Positions 18,460-27,657 of a DNA stretch of 63,653 nucleotides are shown here, in pieces. Both the position numbers and the translations under genes were made by a program. Each line of letters begins with the position of its first letter. The stretch's first letter is position 1. The notes under the pieces were generated by a model. The model saw only the letters and a list, made by a program, of their open reading frames with translations. It did no database searches and was not told where the DNA came from. The stretch is taken from the NCBI GenBank assembly GCA_018817405.1, contig JAHITZ010000046.1:1-63653 (forward strand), given 5' to 3'. The DNA comes from Nanobdellota archaeon (GTDB lineage Archaea > Nanobdellota > Nanobdellia > Pacearchaeales > GW2011-AR1).

Positions 18460-18789
18460 TCAAGAAACCAATCTCCCTGTTCTAACATAAACAGAACAAT
18501 GGTCTTCTTTAACAATCCTGCCAAGGCAATGCCACTTTTCATCGTACTTTCTTTGCACCTCCGGATTCGCAAACCTATAAAACCTACTCCGCCTGTTCTT
18601 CATATATCTCTTCTCAGCCCTCTCCAAAAGAGCCTCTCTCTCATAAGAACCATCCCAAAAGTTAAAATAAACCAATTCATCCACATTCTCTCGCAACCTA
18701 TTACTTACAAAACCAAGCATCCAATCAGCCATCATAACCTTTCCAACAACCTTCTCAAACCAATTCCGTTCAGGTTTCAACCTTGCCAT
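18460..18789 (-). CDS. hypothetical protein
   Basis: 109-aa ORF. GGGGAG SD-like box about 7-12 nt upstream of the ATG. Confidence 0.4.
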   Translation of the reverse strand: MARLKPERNWFEKVVGKVMMADWMLGFVSNRLRENVDELVYFNFWDGSYEREALLERAEKRYMKNRRSRFYRFANPEVQRKYDEKWHCLGRIVKEDHCSVYVRTGRLVS

Positions 18790-19062
18790 AAAAATCTCCC
18801 CTAAAACAAGGGTTCTCGGTTAAGAATTAATCTCCATTTATAAACAAATTACTTTTCGGGCGTAGCCCAATCAATGATTAGCTAACCCTCATGCCATATA
18901 TCGGTTCAACAGAAATGTGAACTATTTATAATCCAGAGGGTTATTATTCTATCGAATACAAGTTAATAGTTAAATCTAATTATACCTAAAGCTTACAGGA
19001 CTCTTCTTCTGTTTTAATAATTAACATCCTCTTCTATTAATTTTTTCTTTTGCCATTTTTAT

Positions 19063-19374
19063 TCAACTATCCTCATACCACCTAATCGCATCATAAACTT
19101 CATTAGGCATAATCGACATTAAACCAAAACGTTCAAATCCTTCTTCTGTTTTAGCAATTTTCTGCAATCCTAATATCAACTCCCTTCCAACCCCTCTCCT
19201 TATCCCATCAACAGCATTGACATGCGTCAATTCCCCACCACATTCTCTTTCCAACATTTCACGAAGTTGTTCCCATTCTCTGTAACCAGTAACTTCTCTG
19301 CTGGCATTCATCATATCTACAACTGCCGAATCCTCCTCCTCTCGAAAACCTTGAAAAATTTTTCCTCTTGTCAT
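19063..19374 (-). CDS. hypothetical protein
   Basis: 103-aa ORF, no motif recognised. Confidence 0.4.
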   Translation of the reverse strand: MTRGKIFQGFREEEDSAVVDMMNASREVTGYREWEQLREMLERECGGELTHVNAVDGIRRGVGRELILGLQKIAKTEEGFERFGLMSIMPNEVYDAIRWYEDS

Positions 19375-19380
19375 TTTTAT

Positions 19381-19719
19381 TTAACTAATCCTCGTCCCTA
19401 CTTCCATCGAATTATCAATCTCCAGAATCTTCACCACGCTCTTATCCTCGCTCACACCAGCCAATATCATCCCATTACTCTCAACCCCTCGCAATGAAAC
19501 AGGCTCAAGATTCGCAACAAAAATCGTCTTCTTCCCAACCAAATCCTCAGCAGAATAAAAACCCTTCAACCCCGCCACAATCGTCCTCTCATCACCCTCC
19601 CCCAAATCAACAGTCAACACAAGCAACTTGTCCGCATTCGGATGGTCTTCCACTTTCTTTATCTCCCCAACTCGCATATCCAACTTTGCAAAATCTCCAA
19701 ATGGAATTTTCTCTACCAT
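19381..19719 (-). CDS. tRNA-binding domain protein (Trbp111/CsaA/EMAP-like)
   Basis: LDMRVGEIKKVEDHPNADKLLVLTVDLG...RTIVAGL...L.GK...FVANL.P..LRGV.S.GMIL signature. First ATG at 19719. Confidence 0.75.
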   Translation of the reverse strand: MVEKIPFGDFAKLDMRVGEIKKVEDHPNADKLLVLTVDLGEGDERTIVAGLKGFYSAEDLVGKKTIFVANLEPVSLRGVESNGMILAGVSEDKSVVKILEIDNSMEVGTRIS

Positions 19720-19822
19720 CCAAACTTCAGTCAAAAACAGTTTTTATATTTTTGTGTATTAATTCTTCTAACTAATAAAACTAATCAAAACATTCGATAA
19801 AAATAAAAAATAAAAAATAAAT

Positions 19823-20266
19823 TTAAGCCTTTCCAGTTATCGTGCCAGTTGATGACAATGGCAACTCACTTCCAGTCCTTGTAAACAAAATTTCAACATC
19901 TGCATTAACTGTATCACCGGCAGAAAAACTGCAGGTATTAAAATTTAGTATTTGTGTAGCTCCTGCGGCCAATGCTCCTGTTCCAGTAGCAGCAGCACAA
20001 GTTCCTTCTGCTGGCGTATTAACTGTTACACTAGCAGCAGTAGTAATCATAGACTCTCCACCATTATTCTTAATTTCCAGCTGAATCTGCGTTGGAGAAA
20101 TAGTGGCACCCATTGCATACAAGGGAGCAGTTACAATTGCACTCTCTGTAACCAAAGTACTAGGCCTAAAGTAAATCGCAAGCACACCAATAACAATTAT
20201 AGCTGCCAAAATAGCCCAGCCATAAGTCATCAAAAATTCCATAGCTGCCTGTCCTTTTCTTTTCAT
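19823..20266 (-). CDS. archaeal type IV pilin-like protein (class III signal peptide)
   Basis: MKRKGQAAMEFLMTYGWAILAAIIVIGVL is a KG/Q cleavage-type class III signal. AGGAGG SD upstream. Confidence 0.7.
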   Translation of the reverse strand: MKRKGQAAMEFLMTYGWAILAAIIVIGVLAIYFRPSTLVTESAIVTAPLYAMGATISPTQIQLEIKNNGGESMITTAASVTVNTPAEGTCAAATGTGALAAGATQILNFNTCSFSAGDTVNADVEILFTRTGSELPLSSTGTITGKA

Positions 20267-20310
20267 GTTTAACCTCCTTTTAAAATCTTAAATCAACAAA
20301 AACAAAGAAC

Positions 20311-20318
20311 TTTATAAA
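20311..20318 (+). promoter_or_regulatory. TATA box
   Basis: TTTATAAA centred ~26 nt upstream of ATG 20340. Confidence 0.45.
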
Positions 20319-20339
20319 CATTACCCTTCTTATTAAAAA

Positions 20340-20912
20340 ATGAAAACATCGACTTTCATAATTCTAATTGTCTTTGCAATGATAGTAATCTCCACTCTAA
20401 TCATTTCAATCTCAAAAAATCCCCAACAAACTATAACTCTTTTTTCAACAAAAGAAAACAGTCTTTCAACAGAAACACAAACTTCCCCTCCACCACAGCA
20501 ATCCCCAACAAACTCAGAGCCTTACCAAAATTCAAAAAAAGATTCATCTGAACTCTCTCAATCCACTGACCAAACCGCAAACTGCGACCCAAAACAAATT
20601 CCCTATACATTATTCGATTTCCAAAAAGTTCAAGTCTGCTTGCAGTATCAACAAACAACCTGTATTGAAAAACAAATCACATGCTCGGCAAAAATAAAAA
20701 ACCTTGACCTAACTCAGGGAGGCGAATTCACTGTGAAAATAAAACTACTTGGAGAACAAACAGAAGACTTAATTGAAGAATTTTTAGTCTCAGAAACAAT
20801 CCAGCCAAAACAAGAAGAAACATTCCTACATCAATTCCAAGTCACTGGCATACAAGCAGATCAAGAATTTTCCTGCTCAATCATCACAGAAAAAATCCCG
20901 ACAAAATGTTAA
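20340..20912 (+). CDS. hypothetical secreted protein (Q/T/P/S-rich linker)
   Basis: N-terminal TM/signal anchor, a low-complexity linker, then a Cys-containing domain. Confidence 0.5.
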   Translation: MKTSTFIILIVFAMIVISTLIISISKNPQQTITLFSTKENSLSTETQTSPPPQQSPTNSEPYQNSKKDSSELSQSTDQTANCDPKQIPYTLFDFQKVQVCLQYQQTTCIEKQITCSAKIKNLDLTQGGEFTVKIKLLGEQTEDLIEEFLVSETIQPKQEETFLHQFQVTGIQADQEFSCSIITEKIPTKC

Positions 20913-20975
20913 TTGTCAAGACGTCAAGATTTTCAAATCTTGATTGCCGTCAAGAATGTAATTGCCAACATTCTT

Positions 20976-21035
20976 AAGGTTTACATTTACTTTCTCACGA
21001 ACTAAAGTAAGAAGTTTATGTAAAATGCAAATCTT
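20976..21035. repeat. palindromic element, family C copy 2
   Basis: Shares ~60 nt with 15297-15354. Arms AAGGTTTACATTT/AAATGCAAATCTT have 2 mismatches. Preceded by two 8-9-bp hairpins (20924-20943, 20952-20975). Confidence 0.45.
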
Positions 21036-21041
21036 GATGTA

Positions 21042-21938
21042 TTAAATACAACTCACCCCATAAATTCCTGTGTGTTCAGGATTGTCAAGTCTAAACCAAT
21101 CCGGCATTCCAGAAATTTGACAACCATCAACAGGGCTGTTTGAAAAATAAGTATAATCAACAACAGACTTCCCAGCTTTTGCAGGAATACCTTGCTGAGC
21201 CAACTCTTGCAGATTAACCAAAGACTCAATGCCGCTCGCGCCTCCATTGTTCACGCCCTTTAACCTGTCCAAAAAGCTCGGTCCAGTATCAGACTGAATA
21301 TACCATGAATTCAAGGCATGGTCTTCAAAATAAGAAAGATTACCCTGCACAAATTTATTCAAAATCTTTCCCTGAGTATCAACAGCATAAAGAGGGTCAT
21401 CAAAAGTTTCAATAGGGACATAAGCATTAAACGTCTGAACTCTGTCCCACAGAACCAAATTTGTCTCATCTTCAATAACAACATCAACAGTCAAGCTAAT
21501 CTTCACATGCCAAGGAGAATCCTGTGAAATATTAAATAAAGGATTGCCTAAACTCACATTTGCATTAACCCTTCCTGCTTTCAAATTCAGATTATCAACA
21601 GTATCATTAAACATCACACCATTCATTAAACTATCAGAAGTCCCTTCAAAAGTGCCATAAAAAAACAACTCGTCTGCCTTCAAGTCTAAATTACTAATAA
21701 CCGAACCAGTCTCAAAAATCTCTCTCTCAAAAATGAACAAAATCCTATACCCAGAAGTATAAAGTTGCCTAGGCATGTCATCTTCAACAGCCAAAACAAA
21801 ATTATTCAGCGTTTCAACCCTATCCTCCACCGCTTTCCTCTCCCTAAAACTTGGAATAAAGGCAAACGACACAATAAAAATTGAAATAATAACTATCGTT
21901 AACAAAGTAAAAAACATCCCTCTCTTGTTCAATACCAT
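21042..21938 (-). CDS. pilus-associated protein with pilin-like N-terminus
   Basis: MVLNKRGMFFTLLTIVIISIFIV (RG/M + hydrophobic helix). Overlaps the upstream VWA gene by 10 nt. Confidence 0.5.
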   Translation of the reverse strand: MVLNKRGMFFTLLTIVIISIFIVSFAFIPSFRERKAVEDRVETLNNFVLAVEDDMPRQLYTSGYRILFIFEREIFETGSVISNLDLKADELFFYGTFEGTSDSLMNGVMFNDTVDNLNLKAGRVNANVSLGNPLFNISQDSPWHVKISLTVDVVIEDETNLVLWDRVQTFNAYVPIETFDDPLYAVDTQGKILNKFVQGNLSYFEDHALNSWYIQSDTGPSFLDRLKGVNNGGASGIESLVNLQELAQQGIPAKAGKSVVDYTYFSNSPVDGCQISGMPDWFRLDNPEHTGIYGVSCI

Positions 21939-24433
21939 ATTCTCGCTTGCACCTCTGCTTCTAACACAATAGGAATTCCACTCGTTTCACTCAATGAAAT
22001 CTCTAATTGCTGCTCAGTAAAAATCAAATCAATCTTTCCATCTGAATCCAAATCAAGATTGCTCAAAAGCTCCCAAACCGCTGAATTATAAGCATCGTTC
22101 CAATCCTGTAAATCATGCGAAGTTTCATTATAAACACAAACACTTCCATCGACATAAGACGAAGGAATCGTAACTTCCATATCAGAATCATCTTCAAATT
22201 GTATTCTCCAATTACAACCATAAGCAACCGGCTCGATATCAGAAAACGCAGAGGCATTTCTCTTCAAAGTATAAATTATTTTATTTGATTCCGAACCAGC
22301 AGAACTATTTGTAGGACTTGTCCCGGTCGTAACATTAACAAAATTATCTCCTTCAAACACTAACGAGGCAGGAATATTTATAATGTAGGGATCTCCCAAC
22401 AAGATATAATCACTCCCATAATCACTTAGCATATAAACATCATTTCCATCTATCTTGACATTATCAGTCCATCTCGGCCCAGAATAAGAAGCAACTTCAA
22501 CTTCCAAAACTTCTGCTCCAGAAGGCACATAAAAACTACCTGAATAAGCATTATCAAATTCTTCTTCGGCAGTTATCACCAAACCATAAAGTTCAACTGT
22601 GTTGTTATAATCAAACTCAATATACGAATCTGGAAAAAGTTTCATATAAACGCCGCCAGCAACATCAACTGTTTGTTCAGCATAAGTAGTGAGAATCTCG
22701 TTTGCAATTTGCTGATAGATTTGTTCCAACCCTTCAATAGTAGAATAAGTATAAGTTCCATTTGCACATTGAGCCATAGACTCCAAAGTTGCCTCGTCGG
22801 CCTGAGGACCAAAACCAATTGTATACACAACAATGCCATGATTGTTATAAGCATCACAAGCAGATTGAATAGCATTTTGCGTTGCACTGCCTCCTCCTTG
22901 CTCTGAACACGGCCTATTCGCTTGTCCGTCACTCATCACAATCAAAGATCTAAACTTATCAGAAGTAGAATCACTAACCAAATCATCAACAGCGCTGTTC
23001 ACACCACAGCAAATACAAGTCGCTCCGACAGCTTGCCAACTATCAATTTTATCTTTTAATGAAACAACATCTCTCGACAAAGCATGATAATCTTCTGCAT
23101 AAGCTTGCTCCTTATAGCCAACCAGTCCAATTCTGCTGTTTGATGTATTCAAGATAATATCAACAAATAATTTATTCGCATCTTTGGAGTCATAGGCCAT
23201 GCTCTGACAGATTCCCCCACAACTTTCACAATTTGGCTGATTATTATTACACCCTCCAGAAAACAAACAACACCAAAACCCAGCCCCAGAACAAGTGCCG
23301 CACATACTTCCGGACAAATCAGTTACAGAAAAAACATCAATGTCTCTTGTCTCTCCAGTAAAAGAAGCATTCCTTAACCCCAATCTAATCGGAACTGTCT
23401 CTCTGCTCAAAGAAGCATAATCCAGGAGAGAAGAAAGTTCAGAATTAAGTATCGTTATCGTTTCTTCGCCAGTTGTATTGCCTTCATAAACCGCAACATC
23501 TCCAAGATTCAAAAAGGGACTTGCTTCAGGACTATCCAAATGCAAACTAATGCTCATGCCCTCAATCTCTCCAGGAACATAAAAACCATCATACAAATTA
23601 ACAACACCTTCGATTCCTGGAAAATAATATCTTTCTGGCTGCTCGTAAACAACATCGCTGTTATAAACAATTTTAACAAATCCTCCTGCCACATACAAAT
23701 CATCGCCGCGTAACTCAACCACGTTTGCTCCAGAAACAAAAGAATCAACGGGAAGACTATACCTCTCAGGTGTAAATTCAGAACTTGATTTTTCATAACT
23801 TCCCATAGTATTAGTATTTACATATAAGACAAAATCCTTGTCTATTGCAATCTCCAATTCAGCAGAACTAATTGTTCCAGAATAATCAACTTCCAAAGAC
23901 ACATTTCCATCTCCAACATAACCGCCAAAATAAAAATAATCTTGTCTCAACCCGCTTGCCAAAGATGCCCGCGCGGCAAATCCAGTTACATTTTCTCCTT
24001 GTTTCAGACTAGAAATAAACCGCCTCGATGTAACCACCTTTTCAGCTGTTCCAATCGACGTAATATTTTTACTATAAATCAGCTTGTTTCCAACCCAAAT
24101 TCCAAAGTTTTCATTCCCAAACTCTAGTTCAGACATCATATTTTCTGCAAATGCCCGAGCCATATCTACATCATAAACAGAAAACTCACCAATCTGCTCC
24201 AACAAACTACTTGTTGGATTATTAATTTCTCCAGAATCAATCAAAGTCTGAACATAAGCATTATTAATTTCTTCAACTTTTAAACTCGACAAAACTGTTA
24301 AAACATCAGAAGGCAGTTCGCTATCAGCTTCCAAAGAAGAATAAATCGGATAAAACACAACCAAAACCAAAAAAATTAAAGCAAGAGCTATCAAAGCATC
24401 TACGCTGAAAAAAAATCCTCTTTTTTCTTCCAT
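21929..24433 (-). CDS. large pilin-like protein with von Willebrand factor A domain
   Basis: Class III-like N-terminus MEEKRGFFFSVDALIALALIF. VWA with MIDAS DLSGS ... SDGQAN. 8-Cys insertion directly after the MIDAS motif. Confidence 0.7.
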   Translation of the reverse strand: MEEKRGFFFSVDALIALALIFLVLVVFYPIYSSLEADSELPSDVLTVLSSLKVEEINNAYVQTLIDSGEINNPTSSLLEQIGEFSVYDVDMARAFAENMMSELEFGNENFGIWVGNKLIYSKNITSIGTAEKVVTSRRFISSLKQGENVTGFAARASLASGLRQDYFYFGGYVGDGNVSLEVDYSGTISSAELEIAIDKDFVLYVNTNTMGSYEKSSSEFTPERYSLPVDSFVSGANVVELRGDDLYVAGGFVKIVYNSDVVYEQPERYYFPGIEGVVNLYDGFYVPGEIEGMSISLHLDSPEASPFLNLGDVAVYEGNTTGEETITILNSELSSLLDYASLSRETVPIRLGLRNASFTGETRDIDVFSVTDLSGSMCGTCSGAGFWCCLFSGGCNNNQPNCESCGGICQSMAYDSKDANKLFVDIILNTSNSRIGLVGYKEQAYAEDYHALSRDVVSLKDKIDSWQAVGATCICCGVNSAVDDLVSDSTSDKFRSLIVMSDGQANRPCSEQGGGSATQNAIQSACDAYNNHGIVVYTIGFGPQADEATLESMAQCANGTYTYSTIEGLEQIYQQIANEILTTYAEQTVDVAGGVYMKLFPDSYIEFDYNNTVELYGLVITAEEEFDNAYSGSFYVPSGAEVLEVEVASYSGPRWTDNVKIDGNDVYMLSDYGSDYILLGDPYIINIPASLVFEGDNFVNVTTGTSPTNSSAGSESNKIIYTLKRNASAFSDIEPVAYGCNWRIQFEDDSDMEVTIPSSYVDGSVCVYNETSHDLQDWNDAYNSAVWELLSNLDLDSDGKIDLIFTEQQLEISLSETSGIPIVLEAEVQARIWY

Positions 24434-24440
24434 ATCAATT

Positions 24441-24911
24441 TTAATCAGATAAATATATACTTAATGTTATCGGCTCACCATTATAAGAGCTCACTCTTCT
24501 TACAACTGCTAAATTCTCAGATCCATCATCCATATTCCCAACTCCGCTAACCCCCCCAGAAACATTCAATTCTTTCGAGAAATTAATGTAGTAATCATGC
24601 CTTATATTAAACAACTCCTTTGTTGTGTCATAATCTAAAAGAAGAAAATTCTGCAGTTTCGTTTCATTAATCTTTCCTTCACTATCTAAAATCCCGATTA
24701 TCACAACATCGCTAGGATCCCAATTTTTCGGACTTCCTTCTGAAAGCAAACTTTCTCCTATCAATTTACCTTCAAAAACCAGCTCCTGTGAAATCTCTTC
24801 ATCCTGCCCGGAAAAATTCAAAGCGAAAAAATAAAATGTGACAATCGCTACTGTGAAAATCATAAAACCAACAATAAGATCAAACCCCCAGGCCTGCGCT
24901 TCTTTTCTCAT
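24441..24911 (-). CDS. pilin-like protein
   Basis: MRKEAQAWGFDLIVGFMIFTVAIVTFYFF N-terminus. Lies in the pilus operon. Confidence 0.55.
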   Translation of the reverse strand: MRKEAQAWGFDLIVGFMIFTVAIVTFYFFALNFSGQDEEISQELVFEGKLIGESLLSEGSPKNWDPSDVVIIGILDSEGKINETKLQNFLLLDYDTTKELFNIRHDYYINFSKELNVSGGVSGVGNMDDGSENLAVVRRVSSYNGEPITLSIYLSD

Positions 24912-24920
24912 TATGCAACT

Positions 24921-25733
24921 CTATTTTGAACTAACAAATTTTTTGTTAATATTTATTCCCTCATTCTCAATCTCAAAAATATAAATTTTCGAAGAATGTT
25001 TTGTTCCCCTCATCTTAACAATCTCAAACCGTCTTTGCCGTGCACCTTTAGCTTTTACAAAATACAGCAGAATAATTGAATCAACTTCAAACTCCAAAGC
25101 TCTTGAATGCAAATTTCCCTCATCAACAGATTCCTCCAAAGTTACCAGTGCTGTAGCCTCCCAATCTCGGATCAGACCAAACAAAGCCAAAGCAGCTTCT
25201 CTCTTTGCCAATTCATCTTCAAACAAAAGCTCGAAAGAAGTTATGCTGTCAATAACAATTCTCGAAATCTTTTTTTTCAAAATTATACTTTCAATTGTCC
25301 CCCCTCCCTCTTCCAGCATTGCCTTAACTTTTATAGGAGTATATTCCAAAAATGTAAAAAGCCCTTTCTTCTCGCATTCTTCAAGATTCCATCCAAACTT
25401 CAGCATGTTGCTATAAAACCGCTCCTTCTTCTCTTCGAAAGTTACATACAAACATTTTTCTCCCTTTTTAATTCCATCAATTAAAAACTGCGTTGCAAAG
25501 ATAGTTTTTCCAATCCCAGAACTGCCAACAACCATATTTGTAGAATCTTTCTCAAACCCTCCTTGAATCAATCCATCAAAGTTAGGAATGCCTGTAGTCA
25601 CTCTTTCCAAACTTTTGTTGCCTGATTTTTTCACAACTTTCCCAACAGGTGCTTTCTTCATCTTCTTGACCAATTTTTTCTTTTTCCCAAAACTCTGCTT
25701 CTTTTTAGAAACTTTCTTCTTTTTTTTGGTCAT
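24921..25733 (-). CDS. KaiC/RecA-superfamily ATPase (FlaH-like)
   Basis: GIPNFDGLIQGGF...VVGSSGIGKTIFATQF (Walker A) and RIVIDSITS (Walker B). Single KaiC-type domain with a 40-aa Lys-rich N-terminal tail. Confidence 0.8.
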   Translation of the reverse strand: MTKKKKKVSKKKQSFGKKKKLVKKMKKAPVGKVVKKSGNKSLERVTTGIPNFDGLIQGGFEKDSTNMVVGSSGIGKTIFATQFLIDGIKKGEKCLYVTFEEKKERFYSNMLKFGWNLEECEKKGLFTFLEYTPIKVKAMLEEGGGTIESIILKKKISRIVIDSITSFELLFEDELAKREAALALFGLIRDWEATALVTLEESVDEGNLHSRALEFEVDSIILLYFVKAKGARQRRFEIVKMRGTKHSSKIYIFEIENEGININKKFVSSK

Positions 25734-25767
25734 TAGTTATAAAACAAACCCACCTATAAAAACTTAA

Positions 25768-26778
25768 CTAAGCAAAAACTCCTGAAAAGTATTTTAGTAT
25801 AACTATTCGTGAAACAAAAAATACTGCCAAACTTACAAAAATCAAAGGAAGAACGAATCTAATCCCTTCCCTTTCCTTCCCTCGACTCACCAAACCCAAA
25901 ACCATTGAAGCCAATATATCTGTCACTATAACAAACAAAATAGAAAAATAAACAACAAAATTCACAGATATATTAATTTCTGTCAAAGTAAATGGCAGAT
26001 TAACTTGAACCTGCTGGCTAGGTAAATTAGACAAAATGCCTGTTAAAATCTCCACCAACACCGAAGACAAACCAAAAAGAAGAGGTGCGCCTATTGCGAC
26101 AGCAAAAAAGATAAAAATCACATACATCAAAACATTTGATGCAGCTCTTTTTTCAACAAAATTCCTCTCCCTCATATATGTTGCAGTCTCTTCAAGTAAA
26201 ACAGACAAATTCCCGCCAGCACTCATTCCAGATGTAATGAGAGTAATCGTCTTTGAAATCTTATCAGAATTTATTCTTTTAGCCATATCATTCAAGGCGA
26301 CATTAACCTTTTTCCCAGTCACAATATCCTTTCCTGTCTGCATAATTTCCTTATCTAAGGGTGCGAATTCACTTCGAGAGCTCAAAATCAAAGAGTGGTC
26401 AATAGTCATCCCTGCACGCAAATTTGAAGCCATTAAAGAGATAAAATCCGGAAAAACTTCCTCCATCTTTTTGATTCTCTCGGAAATTCTCAATTTCTTC
26501 TTAGCAAAAAAATAAATCTGAAACAACCCAACTAAAAAGACAAAACTTATTGCAAGATACATCCAAGTAATAGTAAAATAAAAAATCCCTGCCCATAAAA
26601 TCACAGCAACCAAAAACCACCGTACATACTTAAAATTAAATTTCTTTCTTTTTTTGGGATGAACAAAATCTCCTTTCTTCATTTTACTAAGCTTTTCTTG
26701 TAAATCGCCTTTTGCAACTTCCTCTTTATTCTTCAATTCCTTCTTAAACTCTTTATCTTTTTTAGATTTCTTTTTCAT
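25768..26778 (-). CDS. type II secretion F-domain membrane protein (TadC/FlaJ-like)
   Basis: Polytopic membrane protein with a helical cytoplasmic domain, directly downstream of the secretion ATPase and its TadB-like partner. Confidence 0.65.
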   Translation of the reverse strand: MKKKSKKDKEFKKELKNKEEVAKGDLQEKLSKMKKGDFVHPKKRKKFNFKYVRWFLVAVILWAGIFYFTITWMYLAISFVFLVGLFQIYFFAKKKLRISERIKKMEEVFPDFISLMASNLRAGMTIDHSLILSSRSEFAPLDKEIMQTGKDIVTGKKVNVALNDMAKRINSDKISKTITLITSGMSAGGNLSVLLEETATYMRERNFVEKRAASNVLMYVIFIFFAVAIGAPLLFGLSSVLVEILTGILSNLPSQQVQVNLPFTLTEINISVNFVVYFSILFVIVTDILASMVLGLVSRGKEREGIRFVLPLIFVSLAVFFVSRIVILKYFSGVFA

Positions 26779-27656
26779 AATAGACTCGGTCTGATTGATT
26801 TAATTACTCCAAGAAACATAAACTGCGCAAACACTACAAAAACAAAAAGCACACCAAACAGACTCATAGTAGTTATTTTATTTAAGTTTATCAACGAAGA
26901 AATAATTGTTAAAAATGTTATCGCCAACGCCGGAAGAATAACTGTCATCAGCATATAAAACATAATACTAGGATTCAACTTATTTCCGTAATTTTGAATC
27001 TGAATCAATTGCTCTTCATTTAAACTTTTTATGCTGTCTTTAATGACGATAGAAATATCGCTCCCAGCACGCATACCATTGCTAATCTGCCACAATGCCC
27101 TCCTAAAAAATAAAGAGGGATTCTTCTCCGCAATTTCTTCAAGCACATCTGACTGCGGAATCCCGGCATTTATCTTTCTTACAATTTTCTTAAACTCTTC
27201 ACTCAAAGCACCATAATCAGACGAAGAAATATTCACAAGAATGCTAAAAAGAGGAATTCCTGAAGTCAATTGCACCAAAACATCTTGCAGCGCAGAAAGA
27301 ATATTCCCCTCAATTTCTCGTTGTTTTCTCGTAATGAAAACCTTGGGATAAACCCTCCGACTAAAAAACACAAAACCAGAAAAAAGAACACTCATTCCTA
27401 ACGCCAACAATAGGGAATGTGAAACTTTCAACAAAACAAGAGTACTGGAAGCAAGAACAAAAACAAACAAAAAGGAATAAACCATCCCCCTCAAACAAAT
27501 AGCAGTATACTCTCGTCCAGTAATATCCAAATCAGACATCTCTAATTGTTTAGTAAGTTTTGAATTCTCTTTCTCTCTCACAAACCTAGTAAAAAAATTA
27601 GACTTTTTCTTTAACTTTTCTATCGGAGCAAACGAAAAAGGAATTTTAAATTTCAT
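26775..27656 (-). CDS. type II secretion F-domain membrane protein (TadB/FlaJ-like)
   Basis: Same architecture as 25768-26778. Shows a 4-nt overlap and 1-nt spacing to its neighbours. Confidence 0.65.
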   Translation of the reverse strand: MKFKIPFSFAPIEKLKKKSNFFTRFVREKENSKLTKQLEMSDLDITGREYTAICLRGMVYSFLFVFVLASSTLVLLKVSHSLLLALGMSVLFSGFVFFSRRVYPKVFITRKQREIEGNILSALQDVLVQLTSGIPLFSILVNISSSDYGALSEEFKKIVRKINAGIPQSDVLEEIAEKNPSLFFRRALWQISNGMRAGSDISIVIKDSIKSLNEEQLIQIQNYGNKLNPSIMFYMLMTVILPALAITFLTIISSLINLNKITTMSLFGVLFVFVVFAQFMFLGVIKSIRPSLL

Positions 27657-27657
27657 C

